From: an uncultured Planctomycetaceae bacterium
Lineage (GTDB): Bacteria > Planctomycetota > Phycisphaerae > SM23-33
Direction of reading: 5' to 3'
Assembly (NCBI GenBank): GCA_964472875.1
Contig: CAYYMD010000008.1
Coordinates: 2,414-66,413, forward strand
DNA length: 64,000 nt
The translations under genes were made by a program, and so were the position numbers. Every line of letters begins with the position of its first letter. The first letter of the stretch is position 1. The notes below the pieces were generated by a model. The model did not search any database and was not told the origin of the DNA. It worked only from the letters and a program-made list of their open reading frames with translations. Shown here piece by piece: positions 30,042-39,975 of this stretch.

Positions 30042-32633
30042 TTATTCAAGATAAAGCACTGCCCGCTGGTCGAGCGAATTGGCATTCAGTTTGAGCGTCG
30101 GTGAGTTCGGCAGGTCGGCGACGTCTATCACGCGCACGGCGTCGGTCCATTTTTCGGCCGAGGGTATAAGTTCGGCCAGTTTGTTAGGTGCTGATTCGAA
30201 AAATTCATCGTTCAGCCGGTTACCTGCCTTGTCAGGGAAGATGGCCAGGTAAAGTATGTCCCTCTCGACAAGGTCGGAGAAGTAATGCGTGCCCAGCGAT
30301 ACATCGGGCACGAAGTCCTCGCGCATGGCTACGATTTCGCCAAGCACGTCCACGGTGCTTATGTCGCCGAAGGCCGCGGGAACGCCCAGCGACGGAGTGG
30401 TCGTGCCCCACCTGCCGGGGCCCAGAAGAATGGTGACCAGTTTATTTTGACCTTGCAGGTGAGTGAGTTTCCCTATCAGACGGGCCACGCTGTGGCGGTC
30501 GCCAATAGGCAGTTTGCCGTAAACTTGTGGCGCGACATATATGATTCGCTCGATATCGACGATGCGGCTTTGGCCGATGACCGCCCCGCGGGCGTCGAGG
30601 ATAAGTTTATCATCGGCGATGTTCTGCGGCGGTGCGACGATACGCCCGCCGCCTTTGACCTGTAGCGGGCGGCACTGGACCAGGTTCACCCTGCACCCCT
30701 TGCCGTCGGGCAAACCCCTGCGGGGCAGGTTCGCTGTGAATTCCACGTCCACCGGGTAGTCGTACGCTTCCTGAAGCGTGGCCAGCATTTTTCGCATATC
30801 GGCGGCAAAACTTGTCTCACTTAGAAGCTGCTCAAACGTCAGCACCATGTGGCCGCCTTCTGGTCCGGTTGGCGATGCGAACAGACTCACATTCGGAACT
30901 TCGCTGTGCTGAAGTATGTCCTCGAACCGAACCGAGACGAGTTGGTTGGCCTCGAGGTCGAGCACATCCACCTTTCGTTGGGCGTACTGGCGGGCCTCGT
31001 CGAAGTTCGCCTCGGGGCGTTTCTGCGGAACGTTCAGCGCCACCACGCGAGTGTAGTCGTCGTCCCAGCGGTTTACCGCCCGCGTGCCCAGGCCGAACAC
31101 CACGCGTATCATGCCGGCCGAGGCGTCTATATCCTCGTTCCAGACGTACGGATTGAACGAAAATCCCACACCTGCTATCTGCGGATAGAACAGTCGTCCA
31201 CGGAACCCGCCGGAAACACGCTGGACCAGCAGGGCCATCTGTTCGTCCCGGTCAAGCAGGCCGCGCTCCGCGCGATAGCGAAGGGCCTTTTCGCTCATGG
31301 TGCTGGCATAGATTGTCCGCACGGCCGAGACGAAATCCTTCAGCCGTTTCTGGCGCGAACCCTGGTTCGCGCAGAAGACGCTCTCGTACTTGCCCGCGAA
31401 GGCGTTGCCAAAATTATCCTCCAGCAGCGACGACGACCGCACGATAATCGGCGACTGGCCGAAGTAATCCAGCATCTGGGAGAACTGCTCGTTGATGTAT
31501 TCGGGAAACTCGCCGGTGAGAATTCGCTGGCGGGCGCGTTCGGCGCCCTCGAGGAAGTTGTCGGGGTCGCGCTGCTTCTGCCTGTCCCACCACAGGCCGT
31601 TGCGGACAAGGTAGGTGTAGAAAACGTCCGACCCGATAAAGAACGAATCATGCGGCTCGAGCATTTCGCGCCACCGCGAATCCTGTCCGGCCAGTATCGC
31701 ACGCGCCAGCAGCATGCCCACCGACTTGCCGCCGATCAGCCCGGTCCCTATCATCCGTCCGCCGATTTTCAGCGCGCCGGGCAGGTCCATGTGCCGTGTG
31801 ACCAGTTCGAATACACGCTCGTCGCGCGTGATCATCATTCGCACGATGCGATGAAAGTATTTTTTGTACTCCTCGCCGTCAATGTCGCCGTTGCGGCCGA
31901 GAAGTCCCCGTGCGGCCAGGAAAGTTCTTTCCCATATTCCCTGTCCTTCAGCCGAAGGGCCGCGAAGCCGCCAGGGCAGCGAGGTGAGTATCTGCGAAAC
32001 CGTGCTGCTTTCGGTCACGGGCCGGAACTGCCCGCCTTCCCACGTGTGCAGCATGTACATCGTCGGCGAGTATCGCTGCTGGACCTTCACCGGGTAAATG
32101 TAGCGGTTGTCTTCTCGACTGTAAACGTCAACCAGAACCTGAGCGGTGTTCATAATCGCAGCCACGGTCTGGCCGGCGTGACGGTTGCGGAGCAGCGCGA
32201 AATACGCTATGGCCTCCACGTCCAGCAGGTAAGGGCAGGTGAGCATGAAAAAGTTAGCCAGCATCTCGTCGCTGTACCAGTCAACCGACAGGTCCGACAG
32301 GCAGTCGAAAACATAATAGCCGCCATTTCCGGTTTCCTCGATGACCTTGTGTATCTCGGCCAGGAATGTTTCAAAGCCGGCTTCCGGGTGAAGTTCATGA
32401 ACCTCCGCGCCGGCATCGTCAGGCACAATTGGCGGATGTTTGGCGAAGCGGAAGTAAATGAGTTTCTGGCCGAGCTTCGGCGCCACCCGCGCGAACGGCT
32501 CGACCAGCGGGACGTAATCGTCAACCGACTCCACCTGCCAGACCAGGTTGTCGCCGGGTATCAATCCCTTTATGACGTCGTCAAGGCCCGTCAGGCCCGT
32601 GCTGAGTCGTGAATCTATCTGTGTTTGTGCCAT
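30042..32633 (-). CDS. PEP/pyruvate-binding (PPDK_N ATP-grasp-like) domain protein with an N-terminal degenerate KaiC/RecA-like domain
   Basis: Residues from about 290 onward carry PPDK_N-like motifs (IGGRMIGTGLIGGKSVGMLL, IIVRSSSLLEDNFGNAFAGKYESV, MALLVQRVSG). The N-terminal 200 aa resemble a KaiC/RadA fold (TGLTGLDDVIKGLIPGDNLVW) but lack the Walker A GxxGxGKT. No phospho-His swivel domain was recognised. Confidence 0.55.
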   Translation of the reverse strand: MAQTQIDSRLSTGLTGLDDVIKGLIPGDNLVWQVESVDDYVPLVEPFARVAPKLGQKLIYFRFAKHPPIVPDDAGAEVHELHPEAGFETFLAEIHKVIEETGNGGYYVFDCLSDLSVDWYSDEMLANFFMLTCPYLLDVEAIAYFALLRNRHAGQTVAAIMNTAQVLVDVYSREDNRYIYPVKVQQRYSPTMYMLHTWEGGQFRPVTESSTVSQILTSLPWRLRGPSAEGQGIWERTFLAARGLLGRNGDIDGEEYKKYFHRIVRMMITRDERVFELVTRHMDLPGALKIGGRMIGTGLIGGKSVGMLLARAILAGQDSRWREMLEPHDSFFIGSDVFYTYLVRNGLWWDRQKQRDPDNFLEGAERARQRILTGEFPEYINEQFSQMLDYFGQSPIIVRSSSLLEDNFGNAFAGKYESVFCANQGSRQKRLKDFVSAVRTIYASTMSEKALRYRAERGLLDRDEQMALLVQRVSGGFRGRLFYPQIAGVGFSFNPYVWNEDIDASAGMIRVVFGLGTRAVNRWDDDYTRVVALNVPQKRPEANFDEARQYAQRKVDVLDLEANQLVSVRFEDILQHSEVPNVSLFASPTGPEGGHMVLTFEQLLSETSFAADMRKMLATLQEAYDYPVDVEFTANLPRRGLPDGKGCRVNLVQCRPLQVKGGGRIVAPPQNIADDKLILDARGAVIGQSRIVDIERIIYVAPQVYGKLPIGDRHSVARLIGKLTHLQGQNKLVTILLGPGRWGTTTPSLGVPAAFGDISTVDVLGEIVAMREDFVPDVSLGTHYFSDLVERDILYLAIFPDKAGNRLNDEFFESAPNKLAELIPSAEKWTDAVRVIDVADLPNSPTLKLNANSLDQRAVLYLE

Positions 32634-32780
32634 CGCTTTATACGCTCCAGTCGGTTTAATATTTTATTACATCCGCCCGCCCAACGCACGAAATCTTCAC
32701 GGCCGTGCTGAGGTTATAAAAATAGGCCTGTATAAACGGTATACATCGGCTACAATGAATTTTGCGGTTTATCTCTTTCC

Positions 32781-34220
32781 ATGCGTATTACAAAAGCGTT
32801 TAATGGTTACATGAATGACAAACCGGTAGAACACTGCGGCGTATTTGGAATCTGGGGCGATCCGGACGCCGCGCGGCACGCTTATTTCGGGCTTTATGCT
32901 CTGCAGCACAGGGGCCAGGAGGCGGCGGGTATCGCCGCAGCCGACGGGCGCATAGTTAGGGCGCACAAGGGCGCCGGGCTTGTCTCGCAGGTATTCTCGG
33001 ACCGCAAAATACTCGAACAACTTTCCGGTGCGGCCGCAATCGGGCACAACCGTTATTCCACCACCGGCGCCTCGAGCATCCGCAATGCCCAGCCGATTCT
33101 CATCGAATACAAACGTGGGCAGATTGCCGCCGCCCACAACGGCAACCTCGTCAACTCCTCCGGGCTTCGCAGGCAAATGGAGCAGGACGGCTCCATTTTC
33201 CAGACCACTACGGACTCGGAAATCATCCTTCATCTGCTGGCTCGCAGCCGTAAGGAAAATATTTCCGACGCCGTGGAAGAATCGCTCAGGCAGGTGGAGG
33301 GTGCATATTGCTTCGTTTTTCTTGCGCCGGATTCGTTAATAGCGGTGCGGGACCCACTGGGCATCAGGCCCTTATGTTACGGGCGACTCGGCGATGCAAC
33401 GGTGGTGGCGAGCGAATCTTGCGCGTTTGACATAATAGGCGCAGAATACATGCGCAGTTTTGCCCCGGGCGAGATGCTAATCGCCGATGTCGACGGCGTG
33501 CATTGGCGGCAAATGCCGCCGGCGCCGCGTAAGTCGTGCTGCATATTCGAATATATTTACTTCGCCCGTCCGGACAGCAGGGTCTTCGGACAGAAGGCCG
33601 ACAAGATCCGGCGGGCATTCGGGCGCCGCCTGGCCGAGGAGGCCCCGGCCGATGCGGACATCGTTATCGCCGTGCCGGACTCGGCCAACACCGCCGCACT
33701 GGGCTATGCCGACCGGTCGGGCCTGAAGTTTGAGATAGGCCTTATCCGCAACCATTACGTCGGCCGGACGTTCATCAGCCCGCACCAGCACGAGCGGGAC
33801 CTTGATGTCCGCGTGAAATTCAATCCGGTCGCCGGCGTGCTGCGCGATAAGCGGGTGGTGGTAGTGGAGGACTCAATCGTCCGCGGCACGACGCTTAAGA
33901 AACTAATCCGCATAATACGCGCCGCCGGCGCGGCCGAGGTCCACGTTCGCGTCTCCAGCCCACCAATTAAGGAGCCGTGCTTCTACGGTATAGATACATC
34001 ACGTCGCGGTGAACTGATAGCATCGCAGCAATCCGTGGAGCGTATTCGAGATTTTATCGGGGCCGACTCCCTGCAATATCTCTCGGTCCATGGCATGCTC
34101 AGCGTGGTGCCTTACCCGGACCAGATGTGCAATGCCTGCTTCACCGGCAGATACCCTACCGACGTGCCCGGCCAGTTCCGCAAGGAACAGTTTGACGTCT
34201 CCTGTCCCAACCAGACATAG
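32781..34220 (+). CDS. purF: Amidophosphoribosyltransferase (glutamine PRPP amidotransferase)
   Basis: N-terminal nucleophile CGVFGIWGD, PRTase motif VVVVEDSIVRGTT, and C-terminal Fe-S cysteines CNACFTGRYP. Confidence 0.95.
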   Translation: MRITKAFNGYMNDKPVEHCGVFGIWGDPDAARHAYFGLYALQHRGQEAAGIAAADGRIVRAHKGAGLVSQVFSDRKILEQLSGAAAIGHNRYSTTGASSIRNAQPILIEYKRGQIAAAHNGNLVNSSGLRRQMEQDGSIFQTTTDSEIILHLLARSRKENISDAVEESLRQVEGAYCFVFLAPDSLIAVRDPLGIRPLCYGRLGDATVVASESCAFDIIGAEYMRSFAPGEMLIADVDGVHWRQMPPAPRKSCCIFEYIYFARPDSRVFGQKADKIRRAFGRRLAEEAPADADIVIAVPDSANTAALGYADRSGLKFEIGLIRNHYVGRTFISPHQHERDLDVRVKFNPVAGVLRDKRVVVVEDSIVRGTTLKKLIRIIRAAGAAEVHVRVSSPPIKEPCFYGIDTSRRGELIASQQSVERIRDFIGADSLQYLSVHGMLSVVPYPDQMCNACFTGRYPTDVPGQFRKEQFDVSCPNQT

Positions 34221-34505
34221 CATGCGACAGGGCGCAGATGTCGCTGATATGGGCGCCGCGTCGGATGATTTGGATTCCATCAATACACACGCGTTTTTCT
34301 CGTCTGTTCATTCTGGGGTCAACGGATTGAACTATTTGGCCGGTTGATTAAAATAGTGTTACAGGATTAAGCGGCCCGTGGAGGGGGCACGCTTAATTAC
34401 GGGAGCGCAATCATTACGGCGAAGAAAAGGCCGAAATCCGGTAAAGGAAAGCCGCAGCGAAATAACGCTGACAAGTGGGCCGCCAAGGACCCAGACGTTC
34501 GTCTT

Positions 34506-35060
34506 ATGCTGCGGTTCCAGAAGGGCGACCGCGAGGCCTTCGACGAACTGGTGCGGCGCAACACGCCACGCGTGCACGCACTGTTGTACCGATTTTTGAG
34601 CGGCTCGGACCAGATCGAGGATTTGACGCAGGAAGTATTCATGCGGGTTTTCCGCAATGCCCACCGTTACAGGCCCAGGGCCAAGTTCGGCACCTGGCTC
34701 TACAGAATAACGGCCAACCTGGCATTCAACGTATTGCGCGGCCGCAAGCGGATTAAATTCTCGCAGCTGGAAACTTCCGAAGACAGCGAGGGCTATGTTG
34801 CCAGGAATATATCGGATTCTTCCGCGCCGATGCCGAATGAGGGGCTCGACGGCAGTGAGATGCGCCAGAAGGTGATCGATGCCCTCGACACACTACCGGA
34901 GGATCAGAAAGTCGCGATTATCCTCAATAAGTACGAGCGCAAAACCCACGGGGAAATCGCCGAAATACTCAACAGGTCGCCCATGGCGGTCAAAAGTCTG
35001 CTCAGCCGGGCCAGGAAAAATCTGCACGAAAAAATTGAGGGATATTTGAAAGGTCGATAA
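34506..35060 (+). CDS. ECF (sigma-70 group 4) RNA polymerase sigma factor
   Basis: Region 2 EDLTQEVFMRVFRNAHRYRPRAKFGTWLYRITANLAFNVLR and region 4 ERKTHGEIAEILNRSPMAVKSLLSRARKNL. Confidence 0.9.
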   Translation: MLRFQKGDREAFDELVRRNTPRVHALLYRFLSGSDQIEDLTQEVFMRVFRNAHRYRPRAKFGTWLYRITANLAFNVLRGRKRIKFSQLETSEDSEGYVARNISDSSAPMPNEGLDGSEMRQKVIDALDTLPEDQKVAIILNKYERKTHGEIAEILNRSPMAVKSLLSRARKNLHEKIEGYLKGR

Positions 35061-35278
35061 TATATGACAAAGGGACAAATTTTTTTTCAAATTAGCGAGA
35101 CCCTTTTACGCTTGGTGAGTTAAATAATATGTGACGCACGAAATGTCGGGTTCGCCCGCCTAAGGCGTCTCGGCCGCCGAGAAAGCGTGCGGCGTTGCAT
35201 TTCGCGATACAGGATTGACTTGAGGATTTGCAAAAGAAAGACAGCCGGAAATTTTATCGGACCGGCGCAAGTAAATTT

Positions 35279-35839
35279 ATGAGCGGCGATAAACTGAAAC
35301 AATATGAAGTCGACGAGCTTTCGGCCTATGTCGAGGGCAGGTGCGGGCAGCGCCAGGCCAGGCGCATCAAGCAACTGATTCGCACCGACCCTCGCTGGGC
35401 GAAAGGGTATCGTTGGCTAAGGGAACTGGACAAGGCGCTGGACGCCTACACGGTTCCTGCCGTGCCTGAGGGCCTGTCGGAAAGAATAATTGACGCCGCG
35501 CGGGCCGAGGAGCGTAAAATTCATACGCAGGCACGGTGGCGTTCTGTCGCCCGCCTGGCCGCGTCGATAGCGACGGCTGCGGCGGTAATCTTTGCAATAA
35601 TGGTGATGGAGCTTAACCCGCCTCCGTTGCCTACGCCGAGCGGTGAAGTCAGTAAAAGCACATCCGCGCCGCCGCAGGCCGGGCAGGACAAAGTCAATGA
35701 AATACTACGCGAGGTACCGTCTAACGACCGATTTCTGGTTGAGAATCTGGATTTCTTCCGGCATTATGACGTGCTGGTGAACTTCGAGACTATTCGTGAA
35801 ATTGAGCGTTTGGAGGAGAAAGAGTCGATAGGTATATAG
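35279..35839 (+). CDS. Putative anti-sigma factor (single-pass membrane protein) cognate to the upstream ECF sigma
   Basis: It lies downstream of the ECF sigma gene. The N-terminal cytoplasmic segment (ELSAYVEGRCGQRQARRIKQLIRTDPRWAKGY) is followed by one TM helix (LAASIATAAAVIFAIMVM) and a periplasmic tail. The ATG at 35279 is preferred over the ORF-track start. Confidence 0.5.
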   Translation: MSGDKLKQYEVDELSAYVEGRCGQRQARRIKQLIRTDPRWAKGYRWLRELDKALDAYTVPAVPEGLSERIIDAARAEERKIHTQARWRSVARLAASIATAAAVIFAIMVMELNPPPLPTPSGEVSKSTSAPPQAGQDKVNEILREVPSNDRFLVENLDFFRHYDVLVNFETIREIERLEEKESIGI

Positions 35840-35842
35840 CAG

Positions 35843-36433
35843 ATGAAAAAAATCATATACATTATGGTGGCGGCGATGGCGTTCATATCGTCAGCGCCGG
35901 CGGACGATGCCGGGCCGACGGATGGAGCCCTGGCTGCAAAAAATGACAAAACGGCGTCGAAAAAGACCGCCTACCGCGGCAGCGTTGCGCGACAGTTGAT
36001 GCTCAAGCGGCGGCTGGACCGTATAGCCGAAGGCCGGCTCGCTCTGGCGCTGAACCACAACCGCAGCCAGTGGCAGTCGCTTACGCCCGATGAACGCCAG
36101 GAGTATCGCCGGGCGGTGCTTGCCTACCAGCACCAGGACCCCGAAAAACAGCGGCAGTTGCTTGAACACTACGAGAAACTGATTAAAATGTCGGCCCAGC
36201 GGCGAAAGGCATACCGCCAGAGGGCGAAGTGGCTGGAAGTCGTTGTGAATTCGCTCAGTGACCGGCAGCGGGAAGACCTGAAGCACATGTCGCCGCGCGA
36301 CAGAGCGAAGTTCCTGCTGCAGCGCAAGAAGGAACTTATCGAAAAGGGCGAACTCAAACCGGATGGCCCGGCCACCAAACCGGCCACGACGCAGCCCGAC
36401 GAACAAAAAACGGATTCTGACACAAACGAGTAA
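35843..36433 (+). CDS. Secreted coiled-coil protein, possibly of the Spy/CpxP (LTXXQ-like) periplasmic stress-protein family
   Basis: Signal peptide MKKIIYIMVAAMAFISSAPA. Repeated motifs SLTPDERQEYRR and SLSDRQREDLKHMSPRDRAKF are reminiscent of CpxP/Spy. It is third in the ECF sigma/anti-sigma cluster. Confidence 0.4.
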   Translation: MKKIIYIMVAAMAFISSAPADDAGPTDGALAAKNDKTASKKTAYRGSVARQLMLKRRLDRIAEGRLALALNHNRSQWQSLTPDERQEYRRAVLAYQHQDPEKQRQLLEHYEKLIKMSAQRRKAYRQRAKWLEVVVNSLSDRQREDLKHMSPRDRAKFLLQRKKELIEKGELKPDGPATKPATTQPDEQKTDSDTNE

Positions 36434-36458
36434 CAGTTTTTCAGGTATTACTTTATAA

Positions 36459-36499
36459 GTCGGCGGACTTTTTATTTTTACAGTCCGCCGATTTTTTTA
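36459..36499 (+). terminator. Rho-independent terminator after the ECF-sigma cluster
   Basis: GTCGGCGGACT-ttttatttttac-AGTCCGCCGA is followed by TTTTTTT. Confidence 0.7.
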
Positions 36500-36592
36500 C
36501 ACGGTTTGTACAGGTCGCTTCATAGCCAATTTATCCATCACGGCAGAAAAACATCATTATCGCGACCGTGTTTAAATGATAATCTTGTACGC

Positions 36593-37468
36593 ATGTCACA
36601 GACGGATAAAGATAAATGGACGGTTATGGCGCTTTTGCAGTGGACGAAGGATTACTTCGCCCGCAGCGGCGTGGATAGCCCACGGCTGGCTGCGGAGGTT
36701 CTCCTGGCCCATGTGCTGAAGTGCCGGCGTATTGAACTGTATGCGCGATACGAATATGCTCCGCGGCCGGATGAACTCGACGCCTATCGCGAACTCGTCC
36801 GCCGCGCGGCCGGTAGCGAGCCCATCGCTTACCTGGTCGGCGGGCGGGAATTTTACTCACTTTGGTTCAAGGTCAACGAGGTGGTGCTGATACCCCGGCC
36901 GGAGACGGAACTGCTGGTCGATTCGGCGGTTGAATATTTTCGCGGCCGCAAAGGCGGCAAAATGTGGGATGCTTGCACAGGCAACGGCTGTGTGGCTGTA
37001 GCCGTGGCGAAAAATTGCCCCGACGTGAAGATACTTGCCACGGATATCTCCACCGATGCGCTGGAAGTGGCCGGCGAGAACGCCCGCACACACGGCGTGG
37101 ATGAACGAATAACTCCTGCACAGGCAGATTTGCTGGAATTACCGGCCGAGTTCAGCGAAAAGAGACCTTTCGATGTGATAACCGTCAATCCGCCATATGT
37201 GCCGGATGATGTGCAGTTGCCCGCAAACGTTCAGAACGAGCCGGCAGCGGCCTTGCGCGGCGGGGCGGACGGGCTGGACTACATACGCTGCATCGATGCA
37301 GATGCGCCGGCGCACCTTGTCCCCGGCGGGCAACTGGTAATGGAATTCGGCGACGGCCAATCCGAAGCCGTTCGCCGTATGCTTGAGCAAAACGAACAAT
37401 TCACGAACGTGCAAATCCTCACCGACCACCGCGGTATGGAACGAGCGGCCTCGGCCACGAGGAAATGA
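36593..37468 (+). CDS. prmC: Peptide chain release factor N5-glutamine methyltransferase
   Basis: The NPPY motif occurs in DVITVNPPYVPDD. N-domain WTKDYFARSGVDSPRLAAEVLLAHVL and SAM motif MWDACTGNGCVAVAVA. Confidence 0.85.
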   Translation: MSQTDKDKWTVMALLQWTKDYFARSGVDSPRLAAEVLLAHVLKCRRIELYARYEYAPRPDELDAYRELVRRAAGSEPIAYLVGGREFYSLWFKVNEVVLIPRPETELLVDSAVEYFRGRKGGKMWDACTGNGCVAVAVAKNCPDVKILATDISTDALEVAGENARTHGVDERITPAQADLLELPAEFSEKRPFDVITVNPPYVPDDVQLPANVQNEPAAALRGGADGLDYIRCIDADAPAHLVPGGQLVMEFGDGQSEAVRRMLEQNEQFTNVQILTDHRGMERAASATRK

Positions 37469-37488
37469 ACTGTTTGCGCCACAGGCGT

Positions 37489-37875
37489 TTAGATTAAGCC
37501 GGCGGCTTTTTCGTTGTCTGTGGTGTTCATGACTACCAGCGCCTGGTTGGCGTCACCGGGGGCGGCGTAGATGGTCTCAATTCCGATTCCCGCCTGGGAC
37601 AGTTTGGAGGCCATCGCGTGCAGCGTTCCGGCCTGGTTGTCGACCTTGGTCGTTACCACCTGCTGCGACTCGCACGAGTCAGCCACAGATTCCACAAGCG
37701 CCGCGGCCTGGGAATTATTATCGGTCAGCATGAGCATCTTGCCCACGTTGCCCTCGACCCATGCGCAGACGGCCAGGATGTTTATGCCTTCATCCCTGAT
37801 TGTTTCCGTTATCTCGGCCAGGCGGCCGACCTTGTCCGGGGCCGCTATCTTCAGTTGATTCGTTATTTCCGCCAT
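37489..37875 (-). CDS. Tandem ACT-domain protein (small-molecule-binding regulatory domain)
   Basis: 128 aa with two beta-alpha-beta-beta-alpha-beta-like halves (KVGRLAEITETIRDEGINILAV / QAGTLHAMASKLSQAGIGIETIYA). Confidence 0.5.
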   Translation of the reverse strand: MAEITNQLKIAAPDKVGRLAEITETIRDEGINILAVCAWVEGNVGKMLMLTDNNSQAAALVESVADSCESQQVVTTKVDNQAGTLHAMASKLSQAGIGIETIYAAPGDANQALVVMNTTDNEKAAGLI

Positions 37876-37890
37876 GATTTTGCTCCTTAT

Positions 37891-38289
37891 TCAAAACGCG
37901 TTCTGTAAATACCGCATCTGCGGCTTTTCGCCCGGCGGTGCGGTTATCGATACGATGTCGAAACGGATATTGTATCCGTGGGCGTCTCGGCCGGACAGGT
38001 AGTAATCCGCAATTTTCCGAAGTCGTCTCTGCTTGTCGGCATCCACGGCCGCTTCCGGTTCAGTATATCGGTTTGACGAGCGAGTTTTCACTTCGACCAG
38101 CGCAATTGTCTCGGCGCCGAGGTCGTTGCGGGTGGAGCGGTCAAGAATAATGATGTCCGCCTCGCCGGCGGGGCAGCGGTAATTACGGGCCAGTATCTTC
38201 ATACCACGGCGGCGCAGCAGCCGGTGGGCGAGTTTCTCCCCTCGGCCGCCGAGTCCGTCACTACGCCGTGACTTTCCGAACGGCCACAT
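37891..38289 (-). CDS. yraN: YraN-family (UPF0102) predicted endonuclease
   Basis: GEKLAHRLLRRRGMKILARNYRCPAGEADIIILD...ALVEVKTR matches the YraN core pattern and size. Confidence 0.8.
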   Translation of the reverse strand: MWPFGKSRRSDGLGGRGEKLAHRLLRRRGMKILARNYRCPAGEADIIILDRSTRNDLGAETIALVEVKTRSSNRYTEPEAAVDADKQRRLRKIADYYLSGRDAHGYNIRFDIVSITAPPGEKPQMRYLQNAF

Positions 38290-38298
38290 ATGATTCTT

Positions 38299-38787
38299 TT
38301 ATTCTTCCTGCGATGTGTCCTGCTGTTGTTCGGCCTCTGGCTGGGGCGCGGCTTCGGGCTCTGGTACTGCTTGCTGTTCGGGTTCCGGCTGGGGCTGTTG
38401 CTGCTGTTGGGCCTGCTTACCCCGGCGCGTTTTCGGCCCGGTTGTCGCCTCTTTCAGCCGGGTGGCTTTGCCCAGCCGTCCGCGAAGATAATAGAGTTTG
38501 GCGCGTCGGACCTTACCCTTACGCATGACCTTGATGTCGGCCACGCTGGGGCTGTGGACGGGAAATACGCGCTCCAGGCCTTCATTGTTCACTATCCTTC
38601 TGACCGTGAAGGTTTCGCTGATGCCGGCGCCCCTGCGGGCTATGACGGTGCCGACGAAATTCTGTATGCGTTCCTTGTCGCCCTCGACGATTTTAACGCC
38701 CACGCTGACGGTGTCGCCGACGTCGAATTCGGGCACGTTGTCCTTCAGGTCTTTCTCTACGGCTTTTCTCAATAGTTCCTGGCTCAC
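38299..38787 (-). CDS. rplS: 50S ribosomal protein L19 with a Q/P/E-rich C-terminal extension of about 45 aa
   Basis: L19 core [48 protein letters not shown]...[21 protein letters not shown]. The tail [39 protein letters not shown] is extra. Confidence 0.9.
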   Translation of the reverse strand: MSQELLRKAVEKDLKDNVPEFDVGDTVSVGVKIVEGDKERIQNFVGTVIARRGAGISETFTVRRIVNNEGLERVFPVHSPSVADIKVMRKGKVRRAKLYYLRGRLGKATRLKEATTGPKTRRGKQAQQQQQPQPEPEQQAVPEPEAAPQPEAEQQQDTSQEE

Positions 38788-39542
38788 GGCTGTTCTCCGT
38801 CTGAATTTTCACCCGTCGGCTTACCCGCGGGATTGTCCGATTTCAAGTTTCCTTTATATTTTTGCCACAGGTCGTTTCTGCGATTTTTAGTTCGCAGTTC
38901 CGCCTGTTCCTTTCGCCAATTTGCTATGGCCGCGTGATCGCCGCTGAGCAGCACGTCCGGCACGCCCATGCCGCGAAATTCGCGCGGCCGCGTGTACTGC
39001 GGATACTCCAGCAGGCCCTGCATAAACGATTCATCTTCTACCGACCGGGCCTTGCCTGTTGCGCCCGGCAGGAGCCGCACCACCGCGTCGGTCAACGCCA
39101 TTGCGGCCACCTCTCCGCCGGACAGCACGAAGTCGCCGATAGAAATTTCATCATCCGCCAAAGCGGTTCGTATACGCTCGTCGAAGCCCTCGTAATGCCC
39201 GGCCAGCAGTATCAACCGCTCCTTCCCGGCCAGTTCCGTCACAATTTTCTGATTCAGCTTCCGGCCCTGCGGGCTAAGCAGGATAACCTTTCCCGGCTCA
39301 TCGGCCTGCGGCCTTACGTGCCCGACGGCATCGAATACCGGCTGGCACATCAGCACCATTCCGGGTCCGCCGCCGAAGGGGGCATCATCCACCGACCCGT
39401 ACGAATCCTTTGCAAAGTCGCGGATATCGGTCAGGTGGATTTCCAGTATTTCACTTTTGATCGCCCTTCCGACCAGGCCAAGCCGGCGGAAACCGTCGAA
39501 CATGCCCGGAAAGAGCGTCAGGATATCGATGCGTAAACTCAT
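38784..39542 (-). CDS. trmD: tRNA (guanine37-N1)-methyltransferase
   Basis: [27 protein letters not shown], and [13 protein letters not shown], with a short low-complexity C-terminal tail. It overlaps the rplS start by 4 nt. Confidence 0.9.
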   Translation of the reverse strand: MSLRIDILTLFPGMFDGFRRLGLVGRAIKSEILEIHLTDIRDFAKDSYGSVDDAPFGGGPGMVLMCQPVFDAVGHVRPQADEPGKVILLSPQGRKLNQKIVTELAGKERLILLAGHYEGFDERIRTALADDEISIGDFVLSGGEVAAMALTDAVVRLLPGATGKARSVEDESFMQGLLEYPQYTRPREFRGMGVPDVLLSGDHAAIANWRKEQAELRTKNRRNDLWQKYKGNLKSDNPAGKPTGENSDGEQP

Positions 39543-39592
39543 CCCTGCACCCGGAGCAGTCGCCGGCGAGTGGTCCTGTCGGAGGGGGCGGG

Positions 39593-39874
39593 TTACTTGC
39601 CCGCCATTATTCCCTGTCGAGTCAGCAGACGTCGCACGGTATCGCTCGGCTTGGCGCCGACGCTCAACCAGTGTTCAATCCGGTCGCGCTTCAGGCCTAC
39701 TTTCCTGTCGTCATCGGCAGTGGGATCGTACCAGCCGAGTTCCTCTATAACACGCCCGTCGCGCGGACTGCGTATGTCCATCGCCGCCAGCCGGAAAAAG
39801 CTGCGGTGCTTTCGTCCGAATTTTTTTAATCTAAGTTTTACCGCCAATTGAGTATCTCCGGTAACTAAGGTCAT
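39593..39874 (-). CDS. rpsP: 30S ribosomal protein S16
   Basis: [41 protein letters not shown]. The start was trimmed to the ATG at 39872-39874 (MTLVTG); the longer ORF-track N-terminus is not S16-like. Confidence 0.85.
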   Translation of the reverse strand: MTLVTGDTQLAVKLRLKKFGRKHRSFFRLAAMDIRSPRDGRVIEELGWYDPTADDDRKVGLKRDRIEHWLSVGAKPSDTVRRLLTRQGIMAGK

Positions 39875-39975
39875 TGTACCCGCCCCCCGAAGCGAGTGTC
39901 GCGCTATTCTACAGATAAATCTCCGCATTGCAAGTGAAAATAACCGGATATTGCGGCTAAGATCCGTTCGGTTGG

